Part shown: one piece after another, positions 50,150-61,281 of the stretch | How positions within the stretch are numbered: the first letter of the stretch is position 1 | How the letters are laid out: each line of letters starts with the position of its first letter | Assembly: GCA_010093605.1 (NCBI GenBank) | Contig: MU004181.1 | Location: forward strand, 248,001-312,000 | Source: Lophium mytilinum | Taxonomy: Eukaryota | Length of the DNA stretch: 64,000 bases | Direction: 5' to 3' | Translations under genes and position numbers: made by a program | Notes under the pieces: model-generated | Told to the model about the DNA's origin: nothing | Database searches by the model: none | The model's input: only the letters and a program-made list of their open reading frames with translations

Positions 50150-51130
50150 GGTCCTTTTGGCCGGCTCGCTGGCTGCTGGCCGAGCCGCTCCTAACGCTGG
50201 TAACGGGCGTGCAAAATTGGAGATCCAGAGGTGCGATATCTATGTACACGTACTCATAGTATCCGAACTTGATCTAGAACAGGAAGTTTGCATTGGGGCA
50301 ATCGGAATGAGAGAGCATTTTGGCGGGCCGGATACATGCTAGCTAAGCTCCTCCTCGCGGTGGTAACGTGAATCCAGAGGGAAGCTAAAGAGATGAGATA
50401 TGCGTTTATGCGATTTGATGGCACCTAGTATTGAGCGAAGCCAGGAAGCCCTCACCAGGACAAGCCAAATGAGAGAGCCTTTTGGCGAGCCAGCTGCCTG
50501 CGGGCCGAGCTGTTCCTCACGGTGGCACCAACCATGCAAAATTGGAGCTCGGGTAGTAATATATCGCTATTCTGGAACCCAGAGTATGTAGCATTCAATG
50601 ACGATGGAGTCTGAACGTCCATGCTATGTGAATCGGACGACTTTTTGACCAGCCAGCTGGTTGCTAGCTACGCTACCCTTGACAGCGCCATCAAGCCCTC
50701 AGAATCCGAGCTAGAGCAACCATCTTTTAGCTCCCTCGAAATGATGTCAGCATTTCTTGGTAGTATCTAACAGCAGCGATCGAAACATCATGAATTGAAC
50801 AATCCATTGGCTGACTAGCGACTAGGTCGTCAAGCGGCTCCTCACGGTGGTGTCGATTCCGCAACAATTAACCCCAAGTTGCGAAATCTCCGCGCTCCTA
50901 GATTAACTACCTACAGTAATCAATGAGGTTTAGAACCCAACATAAACGTCGCGAATATCAGGCAACCTTTTGGCCGACCAGCTACATGCCGGTTGAGCTA
51001 TTCCTCACGGCAGTATTGAGCTTGCAGAGGCGGACCTGAAGCAGCAAGATAACAATGGTCAGATCTGTTCAGTCTGCAGGCTTTGAAGCAACGGGGTAAT
51101 CCAGATATTACAGCCAGGAAGCCAAACTAG
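50150..51130. repeat. Degenerate tandem array, 6 units of 162-163 bp
   Basis: CCTTTTGG-like anchors at 50153, 50316, 50478, 50641, 50803 and 50966, each followed by a GCYGAGCT..TCCTCACGGTGG-like block. Confidence 0.85.
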
Positions 51131-54059
51131 GCGTTGAGCATCGGAAATGCCCGCCGGGATGAGGAGGCCTACGGTGAATCGTCGAAACAGGTGAATGATG
51201 GGGTCTTCGGACCAGATTTGACCACTATGCATCTGATAAAAGCTTTCAAATTACAACATCGCAATGCATAATCGGAAAACCCGAAACCTGCCTCTTTACG
51301 CTGCTCCTAATAGTGCTCTCTGGCGTCCAAAGTAGAAATTGAGCATGAACATATCAGTGCGCTATCTGCCCAGATTCGTGGACTCGGTTGAAGTCGAAAC
51401 ACCCGCTAGCTCCCTTAGAGATGCTCCCAATTTGATGATGTGGCTGGAGAGCTAGCATATTTCAAAAACATTCACAGAACGAAGTCTGATCAAATTTATA
51501 GTCCGCGGTGACTCCCAGTACAGAAACCTCGTCCAGTTGCCACATGATAGCCGTGATGAAACTAGATGATGACTGCCTTTGGGAATACTTCACTTTCGTG
51601 CATTTGTTGCGTCCCGGGAGCTTCTTTCAAAATGATGCCTGCCGTCTTTGAAGCACGATGCCGATAACTCAATCGGAAGTTTTCCCTAAAACCACGACGT
51701 AAGATTGTCTCGTCAGTCTCTTAATGATAGATTTGTACAAGGAGCTGCTAATAACGTGGCGTATTATGATCGGAAGCTTCTACAAACAGCTGAATATTAT
51801 AGCAGATACTACTTTTGAAAGACGCCCCGAGATTTCTCAATCGACGTCTGTCTAAAACGGTCCATCTCCGGCGATTGCAGCCCTCTGCCTCCATGCGACC
51901 CTCCTCTTCCTCAGTGCGGAAGAGCTTCCGTGATTTGTAAAGAAAAGAGATTCCACACAGCAGCGTGCTAGTAGCGAATATGAAAATGACCGGTTTCATC
52001 AAGGAGGCTGAAACCTTAGAACAAGTGGTGCCAGGTTATCCGAGCCGTGACCTCGCTGCGGACCGCTCAAAACTTCTGAGGAGGTTAGCTTTAGAGCAGT
52101 TGAACGAAGACACAGACGTTTGTTTGAGTTAAAACCATACGCATGATACTTTTAGCCTCCGCTAGCGTCTCTGTACACGCTGATTATAGTCCACTAGTCC
52201 TACTTCATGCCGGTCTTTACAGGGCATCCACCAGTCGTCGGCCTCAGTAATGCAAGCCATGGACGCATCCCTCCTGAAACAGAGTCCCCTCTCGGTGGTA
52301 GGGTCTATCTTGAACCGAGGCGGATCGTGATAATCGTGTTGATTGCTTTCCGTGAAAAAGGGCCTAGCTATGAGGATCTTGTACCCGTATGGCACGCGAT
52401 CGCTGAGCCTGAGAAGAAGAAAGAGGGACACCAGGACGATACCAGGAGGCTGATAATAGCCGTGGGAGAGATCTCAAGTCGCGACAGTCCAAAGAGTAAA
52501 TGAGCGGCCACGGGAGACGCCCTGCACATCCCCGTTCAACGTCCGAGATGCGGGGCGAGGGGGAGGCCGAGACAGACAGGTAATGAAGAAGATCTTTTGA
52601 GGCCGGTTTTGTCTTGCTCTGCGCTTGCTAACGGGGCGGCGCACCATGCACCCCTCTCCCATTCCACGCTTCGTAGGCTCGGTCTCGGGTGCGCGGGAAG
52701 AATTCAAAGGTATCAGACTCCAAGCTCTCTTGCGAGCTCTCCTCACGTGGTCCTTCCAGTCTTTACCCCTTTGCCGAGCTCTAGACTTCTCTTAAGACGC
52801 ACCCCAACTCAGCATTCCCGTCATTCCCGTCAGAGAGCCCAGTACTTCCGAAAAACTGCTGATATTAGGTCATGTTTCTCATCTCACCGCGCCAGCAGGT
52901 ATACCCATATTGTCGAGCTCTTCTTGGACGCAATCACCGGGCACTTTCGATGTCCTTCGTGTGAGCTCAAAGGTCGCTAATCTCGGTTCGTGCTGCCATC
53001 GAACCGTATGCTTTCGGAGTGGAAGAGATCGTGCCAGACCATGAAGTGCCAGACAGTTATAGATCGGGTAGTCGTGCTGTCGGGCAGCGTCGGCCTCGGG
53101 CTATGGTATGAAACACCGGGACACTATTATAGGTCGATCCGTTAAGACCCGGCGAGGAGCGAAGGTGTGTCGTGATAGGTCCGGAATCCGGGGATCTCCT
53201 GGGATGCTCAGCGCAATAGTTAGTCGCACGCGCTCGCCCTCCCACGAGTTTGTAATAAGAGACTTCACGAACTTGAAAAAGACGTCATCTGAAACCATAT
53301 GCAGAAAAAGTGGGACCCGACTGAATCTGCGCTAGGTATGCAGTACGTCTTCATTCTAGTTCTGACCAATATTTCCGGGCTGCTCGGGGAAGCCTCCACA
53401 TGGACCTCACGGCCAGAGATACCACTCTTTGCTCATCACCTCCTCCTAGGATGCGTGAGTACCCTTCATTCCCTTCCCACCGTCATGTTCCAGAGGCAGC
53501 ACGAAATCCACTGCATCCAATTGTGATTGCCTATCAGGTCGCAGGGTCTGGGACGCTGATTGTGAGAGTGCGCCCTTTCGCGGAGCTTCGACGTTGTCAT
53601 ATCTTCAAGCAACCTCAAAAGTCTTCGCCGCTGTGTTCCCGCCGGTGGCGGTGGTGGGCGCATGGATGGTGTTGAAGTCATTCTCCTAACCGCGGAAGGG
53701 CGTGACGAAGCTCGGAAGGCGCGTAGGCATAGATCCTGGTGTCGCTTTTGACCAGAGGTTCGACGAAACTCAGCAACACCATTTTCATCACCACGTCGAG
53801 CAATGATGTGACAAATTAAGGTTTCGCCGTCCTATAGCTCAGGTCAGTATTCGAATCTTTCAACCGATAACCTCCCGGGGAACCGCTTGCTACCGCCTGC
53901 TTTGCAGCTATCGAAGCAGTTCTCAAAGCGGCATGCAGCGGCGGCTGTCTTGCCGTCAAAGTCACGGCATAAGCGCATACCGTTGGGCCTTGTGTCCTCT
54001 AGGATGAGATCCAGTCTCTCGAGAAATCTGGACCGGGATCGACATACTTGCATTCAATC

Positions 54060-54600
54060 CGCTGCCTTCTCGATGCTGGCCGCCAGGCGATCGGCTACGG
54101 CGTCCAGGAGGATTGTGGCCATTGCAGCAGCCTCCACGCATGTAAGTGGTATCTCCGAGGTCTCAATCGGCGTACGGGACCTGGCGATCGTCGTCATATC
54201 GACCCCTGAGGCGGCGGTCGTGTACGCGGTAGTAAGAGAGGGAGTGGCAGGGTCCCTTCGCTCCATGAGAAGACGAAGGATATTTGTAGGGAGATATAGA
54301 TGAGGAGTTGCGGTCGATCCTTGCGCTATGAGCCTAGAACGCGTTGTTGCTGAAAGCCCGGAGCTTTCTCGCAGTAGTCCAGAAGAACGAACTCTTGGTG
54401 GTCGAAATTGCCGTGGGAAACATAGTCGTATCGACAACTGGACTCATAACACTTTCCTTGTCCATTCAAGCGCCTAGGAGATTGAGAAATGGATGGGCGC
54501 GTGGATGAGGCGTCAACACAACTTTTGGCTGAAGATTGAGAGAGCTTTCGCCTTGGCTCCACAAGATCGGTCCATGATCCCTCTCGTGTTTGATGTCGGT
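54060..54600 (-). pseudogene. Second copy of the RS-rich (Prp4-N-like) fragment
   Basis: QSSAKSCVDASSTRPSISQSPR and SPYKYPSSSHGAKGPCHSLSY align with the 133-327 fragment (47/63 nt identical in the SPY..SY block); RRSRSPGG lies downstream. Confidence 0.6.
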
Positions 54601-55215
54601 GAGGCGATGGATGACGTGGTAGAGAGTATGAGTGTCTATGTTTGGACCAAAAGTAAGCCGATGTTGCTGGGTCGGTATTGAAATCGATGTCTGTAGAAAA
54701 GGAAACGCCTAAGGGGTGATTGAAAAAGCGATTGCTACTAGTCGATTAAGGCGGAGACATTCGAGGCCATGGCTAACGTGCGCGCGGCAGATAAGGTTGT
54801 TGGAGCGGCATTGACGTTTGCCTCAGATGCCAAATCCTGCGATATGAGGCATGGTCGGGATCGAGCCTGGATTCCAACTTGTCGTCATCTCAGTCCTGCC
54901 CTCGCCCTGAATCCGAACGCTGGCATTCTCGTTCCCGCTACCTACAGAGATCGAATTAGTATAGTTATGACGCAGCGGCATGACTTGAGTCCGGTTGTTA
55001 CAGAGTGAAGGGCTATTGGGCTGGTATGATAAGTGAAGCGAGATATGAAGGCGAAAACAGCTCCGAACGGTGTAGAGTTTATCCGACCACAATGGGTCAT
55101 CTAAATCCTAACCTCCACTCTCAATTTTCCACTCGTCAGCCAGCCATTGCACGCCATTTCCACAACCACGACCCTAACCACAATCACGACCACTTTCTAC
55201 ACAAGCACATACGCA

Positions 55216-55521
55216 ATGTCACTCTATCGTACCACCACGTACCGGGCCATCGTGGCCACCGACGACCCCGCCCTCCTCAAGACAGGAGCGCCCCCCTTGG
55301 TCGACCACGCGCACGCCCTCGGAAAGATGCACAAGTGGAACAACAAGAAGGCGCGCAAGATCGCCCTGAAGAACCTGAACGACCAGACGGAGGACATCCT
55401 CTGGCATCTGAAGAAGGTAAGAGCATCCACGCTCGCGCTCAAAATGTTCCAACTGCTGACGCATTTGTGCCATTAGCTGGTGCCTCAGTTCGAGGCCATC
55501 GCGGAGTACTGGGGGTGGTGA
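55216..55521 (+). CDS. Small hypothetical protein, 81 aa, exons 55216-55416 and 55477-55521
   Basis: GCAATGTC start, strong C/G-ending codon bias, phase-0 intron GTAAGA..GCTGAC..TAG; MSLYRTTTYRAIVATDDP..ILWHLKK|LVPQFEAIAEYWGW*. Confidence 0.8.
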
Positions 55522-57704
55522 TCGGGAGAGGGGAGGCACTTACATCACGACAGGGGAGACATTTACATCATGAGGGCTGGTGTTTTGGAGGTAAAGAAGA
55601 CGGTTTGGACCGCCCTCAGGCTTGTTCAGGTTGGGTAAATCCTGGAGCTGTAGATTAGAAATGTCACCGTTCTCTCCATCACACAACCTTCATTTTCGTA
55701 TAATGCGTGCTGTTTCATGACCTTCCATCCTGAATCGTCGACTAGCTCGGTGACACTTGATGCGCACTCGACACCGTCTGAAGTCCTCTAGCACATTCAC
55801 TCTGTTTGAGCGCGGATGTCACGAGCAGCATCTCTCAGACCTGATACGCGGTAAAGAAATTGTTTCTCTAGTGCCTTTATGCTGCCAGGGGCGCTTGAGA
55901 TTGGGAAAGACGATCGGTCAAGATGACAGAAACTAGAGGCAAGTATACAGCAGTCAGCCACCGGATACTGCTCTTGAGAATGCTCATACTGCCACCCCGA
56001 CTCCTTCCAGCTCTTCTCGCAAAAAGGCTCTGCCGCCAAAAAGTATCTGTTCGAGTTTTAGAAAACCTCCACCGACTCCAATGAAGACTGCCGGTGCCTG
56101 CCATGCAGTCCATGAAGAAGTGGTAACTTCCGCTCACCCGCCGTGCTTTCTTCTTGAATGAGTTTGTCATTCTTAGCAGAAATCGTGTCGCGCCCTTTGC
56201 CAAACTTTTCGAAAGCCCACCAGCACGACAGGTTTGTTTGATCTGAGCACATGGCCGATGCACATCGCCGAGGGAATGGAGGCGACACGTACCCGAAGGC
56301 TGAGGGCAATGTGTTGTGAAGGAGAAGGAGAGGTTGGGCTCGTGAAGGCGAGGAGTTCTGGCGGGTAGCGGAGGCATTTCCGTCACCCACCATAACACGG
56401 TGCAATGGGTGGCTGGACTGGCACATGCAAAATCTGATCAGTATCTCCAATTGAGTTATGTGTTTATGTGAAAGTCTGTATGACGTTTAGGAAACCTCCA
56501 CCGTCCTCAGCTTGCTTTGCAAGTTGCTGGGCAGAGCTCAACGTGGTATCTCTTATCGTCCATCTGTCGCGCTATTTGGTGGGCTTTCTCCAATTGCCGA
56601 AGCCCTGCTGCCCTGACCCGACTGGAGCACTCTTGGTGATAGGTAACTCCCCCTGCGCCCACTTGCCCGGTTTGCCGCATGCGGCCGCGCAACAGACTTG
56701 TTTGATCTTGCTTGCAGAGTCGATGCGTGGCCTCAAAACGCCATAGGAAGGACGTCGGGCGTCATCACTGAAGCTGATGGTGGAGGGAAGAGAGGGAGCC
56801 GAGAGAGCGCGTCCATAAACGAGAGTCAAAAGCTGCTAGTCGAAAGTAGTTAGCGTGTTTTTGGGGGTTGCCTTGCCCACAACAAAATCCGCCGTTGGCT
56901 TGCCCGACCAACTCTTCATCTTCTTCACCACCTCTTCCTTCACCAACTTCGACAACACTCGCTGGCTGCAGCCGCAGCCTGCTCAAGGGGCTGCCTCCAG
57001 TCAAGGCGACTCGTCGAGAGCTTTGGCTCCTCTCTGGGAACTGGGAACTACGAAAATATTACTCGAGACGGCATGTCCCACCCGTTCAGCCTGAAGTCAT
57101 GCGGCTTGCCTGTCAGCTTCAAGTCAAGCTACTCGTCAGTCGGATGTTTGGTCGGTAAGCATGCGTCACTCTCAGTGGTCAGTCAAGCACTAATACGTCA
57201 AGCAGGCAAGCTTAGAAAGATTAATAGGTGCATTGCACCTCGTAAGAAGCTTATTAGAAAACGTATGCGCGCCGCAAAGATCGTGCAGAACGAGGACGAA
57301 CTTGACGGCCTGTGGAGGAGAAGTCTCAACTCAGCAAGCAGAACATGGGAAACTACCGTAGGCTCAAGAGTCCGTAAGTCTCTTTCGTCAGCACCAAGCC
57401 TCGGCGTTTGCTATCAGAAGTCAAAGTCATCTACTCTGGTCGCACAGAGAAATGGCAAGACCACATCCTGTTCAACCATCCCGGTAAGATCGCCATTTCC
57501 GCATGCTCGACACATCAACCACACCCAATGATGATGGTGAACGTTATTGGTCTGGCTGGTCGCAACATGTGCTGCTCCAGGGTCGATGCTGCTATTCGTT
57601 AAGAATGCCCACTGGGCTCAGCTTGACACGAGGGTACTTGGCGTGATGACCCAAGCCCAAGAGGCGCTGGCCTTGGTGGATTGGGGCACATCGGCTCGGT
57701 TTTG

Positions 57705-57910
57705 AGACTGGCTGTGTACCGTCCAGCAGAGACACAGGGACAACATCCCAGACCATCTCATAACGTTGAAATCTGAGGGACAGCATACCCCATACTGTCG
57801 ATGAGCTTCATGCTAGAGCAAGAACCTACGCTGACATGTCTGAACTTCAGGGCCCTGCGACTCCCAAGCCTCGAACTCCAAAGCCGGCTCCCACGGTCAA
57901 GCACGCAAAA
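57705..57910 (+). pseudogene. Second SPF30-derived fragment (N-terminal helical/linker part)
   Basis: 57859-57902 matches the reverse complement of 3869-3912 at 37/44 nt; upstream LCTVQQRHRDNIPDHLITLKSE resembles SPF30 LETVQ..L..DPDN.EL..LK.E. Confidence 0.55.
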
Positions 57911-58189
57911 AGCAAGCAGCTTGTGCAAAGGTGCGTGACTTGGTATTCCATATCAGCGAGACTGGCGTCACTAATTCCCTCTCAGCAATTTCAGCACCCC
58001 GAAACCACCTCCCCTTTGCGCCCCATTGCTGGCAACACCGAATCGTCCGTACCAGGCCGTCAACATCGCGACGTTGTTGAGTAACCCAAACACAGAGCAG
58101 ACAAGCCGCAGCGCTATATCGAGCGGGTTTTGGAGGACAGGCTGTGGTGAAACACATTCCAATTCTCGCGCAAGAAGAGCCATACGGAG

Positions 58190-59215
58190 GGATGGGAGTG
58201 GGCTGGCTGGATACTCAGGTACGTCCCTTCACATTCATTCGCGCATATCATCTCCGCTTCTCATCCATTTCGTTCAATGGGCCACGCCGAAACCTCCTGT
58301 CTGTTACCATAGACTAGAGGATTCCAAGGCACTGGGGCCGACATCAACGGGGTACAGTGAACAAGTGCCTTTCTCAAGATCGGATCCGGTTTCGGCTGGT
58401 CCTAACGACGGAGAGGGAGCTGTCCACGCTTAGGTCCACGCTTTAGCGTCGAGACAGCACCATGAACGGCGTGCTTGCTGTGGTATTGCTGCTTCAAGGC
58501 ACCAATCCCGACAGATTTTCATAACTTTTTTCTTCGTGTCTTCTTCGCCTAGCAGATTCTTCGGCGCGCAATAGCTAACTTCTGCGCTGCAGTCTCGTTC
58601 TCCTTCCGGCTCACATTTGCTGGCTCGCTGGATATTCAGGTACGTTCGTCTACACTCATTCCTATATGCAATCTTCGCTTTTCTTCATTTCCTCTAATCG
58701 GCCCCGCGTAAAAGTCAAATCCCTCCTGTCTGATACCTAGGTATCAGTGGCTTGAGGGAGCCAGTGGGGCCAAGATCAAATACCCACGGGGCAAAGTGAA
58801 CATGTGCCTTGCTCAAGATTGGATCCGACTTCGGTTTGGTCCTAACAATGAAAAGAGAGCAGTCGCAACCCCGACATCTCCTCATATCTCTTTCTCTGGT
58901 GTTTTCGTTTAGTGTGATCGTCTGCGCTCGATCGTTAACGTCTGCGCTGCAGTCTAGTACTTCTTCCGGCTCAGATGGGGATCGTCTTCCACTTGAATCT
59001 TCAGGTACGTTTTCCACTATCTCTGTCACGCTGTCCCAATTGGTCGAACCTACCGATCTGCCTTCCACTCCATCGGCCCCATATCACCCCTCCTGTCTGG
59101 ATCTCGTGGCTTGAGGGGATTAAGCGGGGCCTAGATTAACGGGGAATCTTGAACATGTCTTTCTCAACTTCGGGAGCTTTTTCGATGTGATCCTATCGAC
59201 GGAGAGACTCGACCA
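58190..59215 (+). repeat. Degenerate tandem triplication (periods 421 and 365 bp) carrying a 5' splice-site motif
   Basis: TCAGGTACGT at 58215, 58636 and 59001; each unit also has CCTCCTGTCTG, GGGGCC, TGAACA.GT, CTCAA and TCCTA blocks in the same order. Confidence 0.85.
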
Positions 59216-60158
59216 TAGATGGCATGTTCCTTTTACACACCACGCCTGCGTGTTCCTCTCTTACACACCACGCTTGCCCCAACATACTTTTACACACATG
59301 CTTTCTTTTTCGTTATGCGTCGATATTGGCATATCAGCGGATGATGGCTAACGTCAGATGCTTAGGTTGCTGGTCGTTCAAGACCTCGTCGACCTGGCTG
59401 CGACATGCATATGCGACAGAACCTCTCGATGTCGCTGAATGATGGCTTGGTGGGGCCTAGGATGTGTTGGAGACGTAGAGCGAGGCTGCGGTATGGAATA
59501 AGACTGAAGAGAGATGACGGAGGCGTGGGGTAATGAACCTGCTGTACATAGCTGAATGTTGGACTCTTTCATTCTCTTTGTGCTCTCTTCACAAGTATTG
59601 GGTGTTTTCAGACTATGTTGGGAAAGGTGACAATGAAACGAAGCTCCATTTTTCTGCTCATTACTCCCGACAAGATTCAATGCAACATGGGATATGGATG
59701 AGGTTAAGGCAGCTCAGATCAGACTACCTCTCGAATGATGAGCTGTCTTCTCGTTGGGATGCTCCTGGCAGCGGCGTCGAGGGAGCATGATCAAAGCTCC
59801 GAAGGCAAGAAATCATTAGTGGAACAAAATCATGCTACCCCGTCTTCCATTGTATCCTGTGAAGTAAAAGCCTCGATATCGACTTGATCTACTACGGTTG
59901 GTTCTTTCGCGGGATGACGGTGCCCTACTTACGGTGACGGATCGTATACCTGAAAGAGAGTCTGGTGTCCGTGGCACTCGATAAATGGCACTTTGAAGGT
60001 CGTAAGGGTATCTACCCAAAGTGACGCTAGCTCGAGAGGGCCGCTGCTACTTTCACAACAGCGCAAGCTCTCGACTACTCCAGCTCTACGAACATCCATA
60101 CAACCAGGTATATGCGCCTATCACGGAAACTACTTCTTGTGCTAATTCTGCAAGCAAA

Positions 60159-61281
60159 ATGGCTACCCACGATACCCGTTACAACCAAGTACTAGGAGCC
60201 ATTGGTACCGCACCGACGTATCCACTTCTCCAACCGGTGCCCGCGGACTCGATCCTGCACAAGAACATCCAAAACTTCATCGATCTCACGTCGCCTCAAT
60301 ATCCGCCTCAGCCTGCGCATGGTGCCACATATATTGCCTCGCAGCCTGTCGCTCATGCCGAAGACGTGGTTCGTGTTCCAACGGCTACCGCGGCGACGAG
60401 TCCGCTGCTAATTCTTGGAATAGGCCACAGTCCCTCGGTCTCTACTCCAACTGCCAGCGAAATTCATGACGCAAGTATTTGAAGACGCCGTTGGTCTGGA
60501 GGGGCCACTGCAACGTAGAGCGCTGGGCTACTCCTATCTCGTAGCAGATCCTCCCGCCGACAACTTCCTGCCGACGAGATTCCGGGTCGAAGATGTGCTG
60601 AATCCGGATTCGATCACGGACTACCTGGCTCTAAGCTTGAGCTGCCAGACACTCTACGCTGAGGTCGGCAAAGCTTTTTGGAAGCGCAAATTCCCGGCGG
60701 GGGACTGGACGAGAGTCTCCGACACACTGCTGCCACTTGCCCGCTCCAAAACCGACTCCAACTTCCTGCATTTGATTCCCGCCATCGTGATCACAAGCGG
60801 CAGTAAGCAGAACGTCCGCGAGAGTTGCGACATCATCCTCGTCATGCAAGGGCTGAAGACCTTGACATTTGCCGGCCTCGGCGAAATCGATCCAACTGTT
60901 CCAGTGCCACCCACGTTCGTAGCGCGCAACACGACCTATATTGATCAGCTACTTTGTCAAGAGTCAATGTGGTTCTGGGACCTCTTAGAGCAGAAGGGTG
61001 TCAAAGTCAAGTTCGATGCTGACTACGAAGCGGCGTACGAGAAGCATGAGGCTGGGTGGCGTAGATTACACCTCCTTGGGAAGGTTCACACGCCTTGCCG
61101 GACCGCTACTCAGAGGGAGGCCGACTCCACCTCCCTAAGCCAGTATTTCGACACTGAGTTGGTTCGCCGCCGTCAAATCTTCACAGATGTCGTACATCGA
61201 GCTCAGGCGGCCAGAGAAGCTTCCCACGCGCAACAGGCGCAGAAGCCTCAACAACAACGACCTCGACGACACACCACGTAA
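60159..61281 (+). CDS. F-box/2EXR-like family member E (most divergent), 355 aa, exons 60159-60368 and 60424-61281
   Basis: CAAAATGG start; phase-0 intron GTTCGT..GCTAAT..TAG, then ATVPRSLLQLPAKFMTQVF; KVKFDADYEAAYEKHEAGWRR matches the family F.A.(W/L/Y)..A(F/Y)E.HE..R motif. Confidence 0.82.

Noticed and set aside
50150..51130. CRISPR array
   Set aside because: Eukaryotic context, degenerate repeats, units too long, partial similarity between the variable parts, and no cas genes.
49250..53340. Assigning parents to peptides such as EDLKKLRRPEW (about 49372) and ELEKDVI*NHMQKKWDPTES (about 53270)
   Set aside because: They look like exon remnants, but I cannot name a family without a search.
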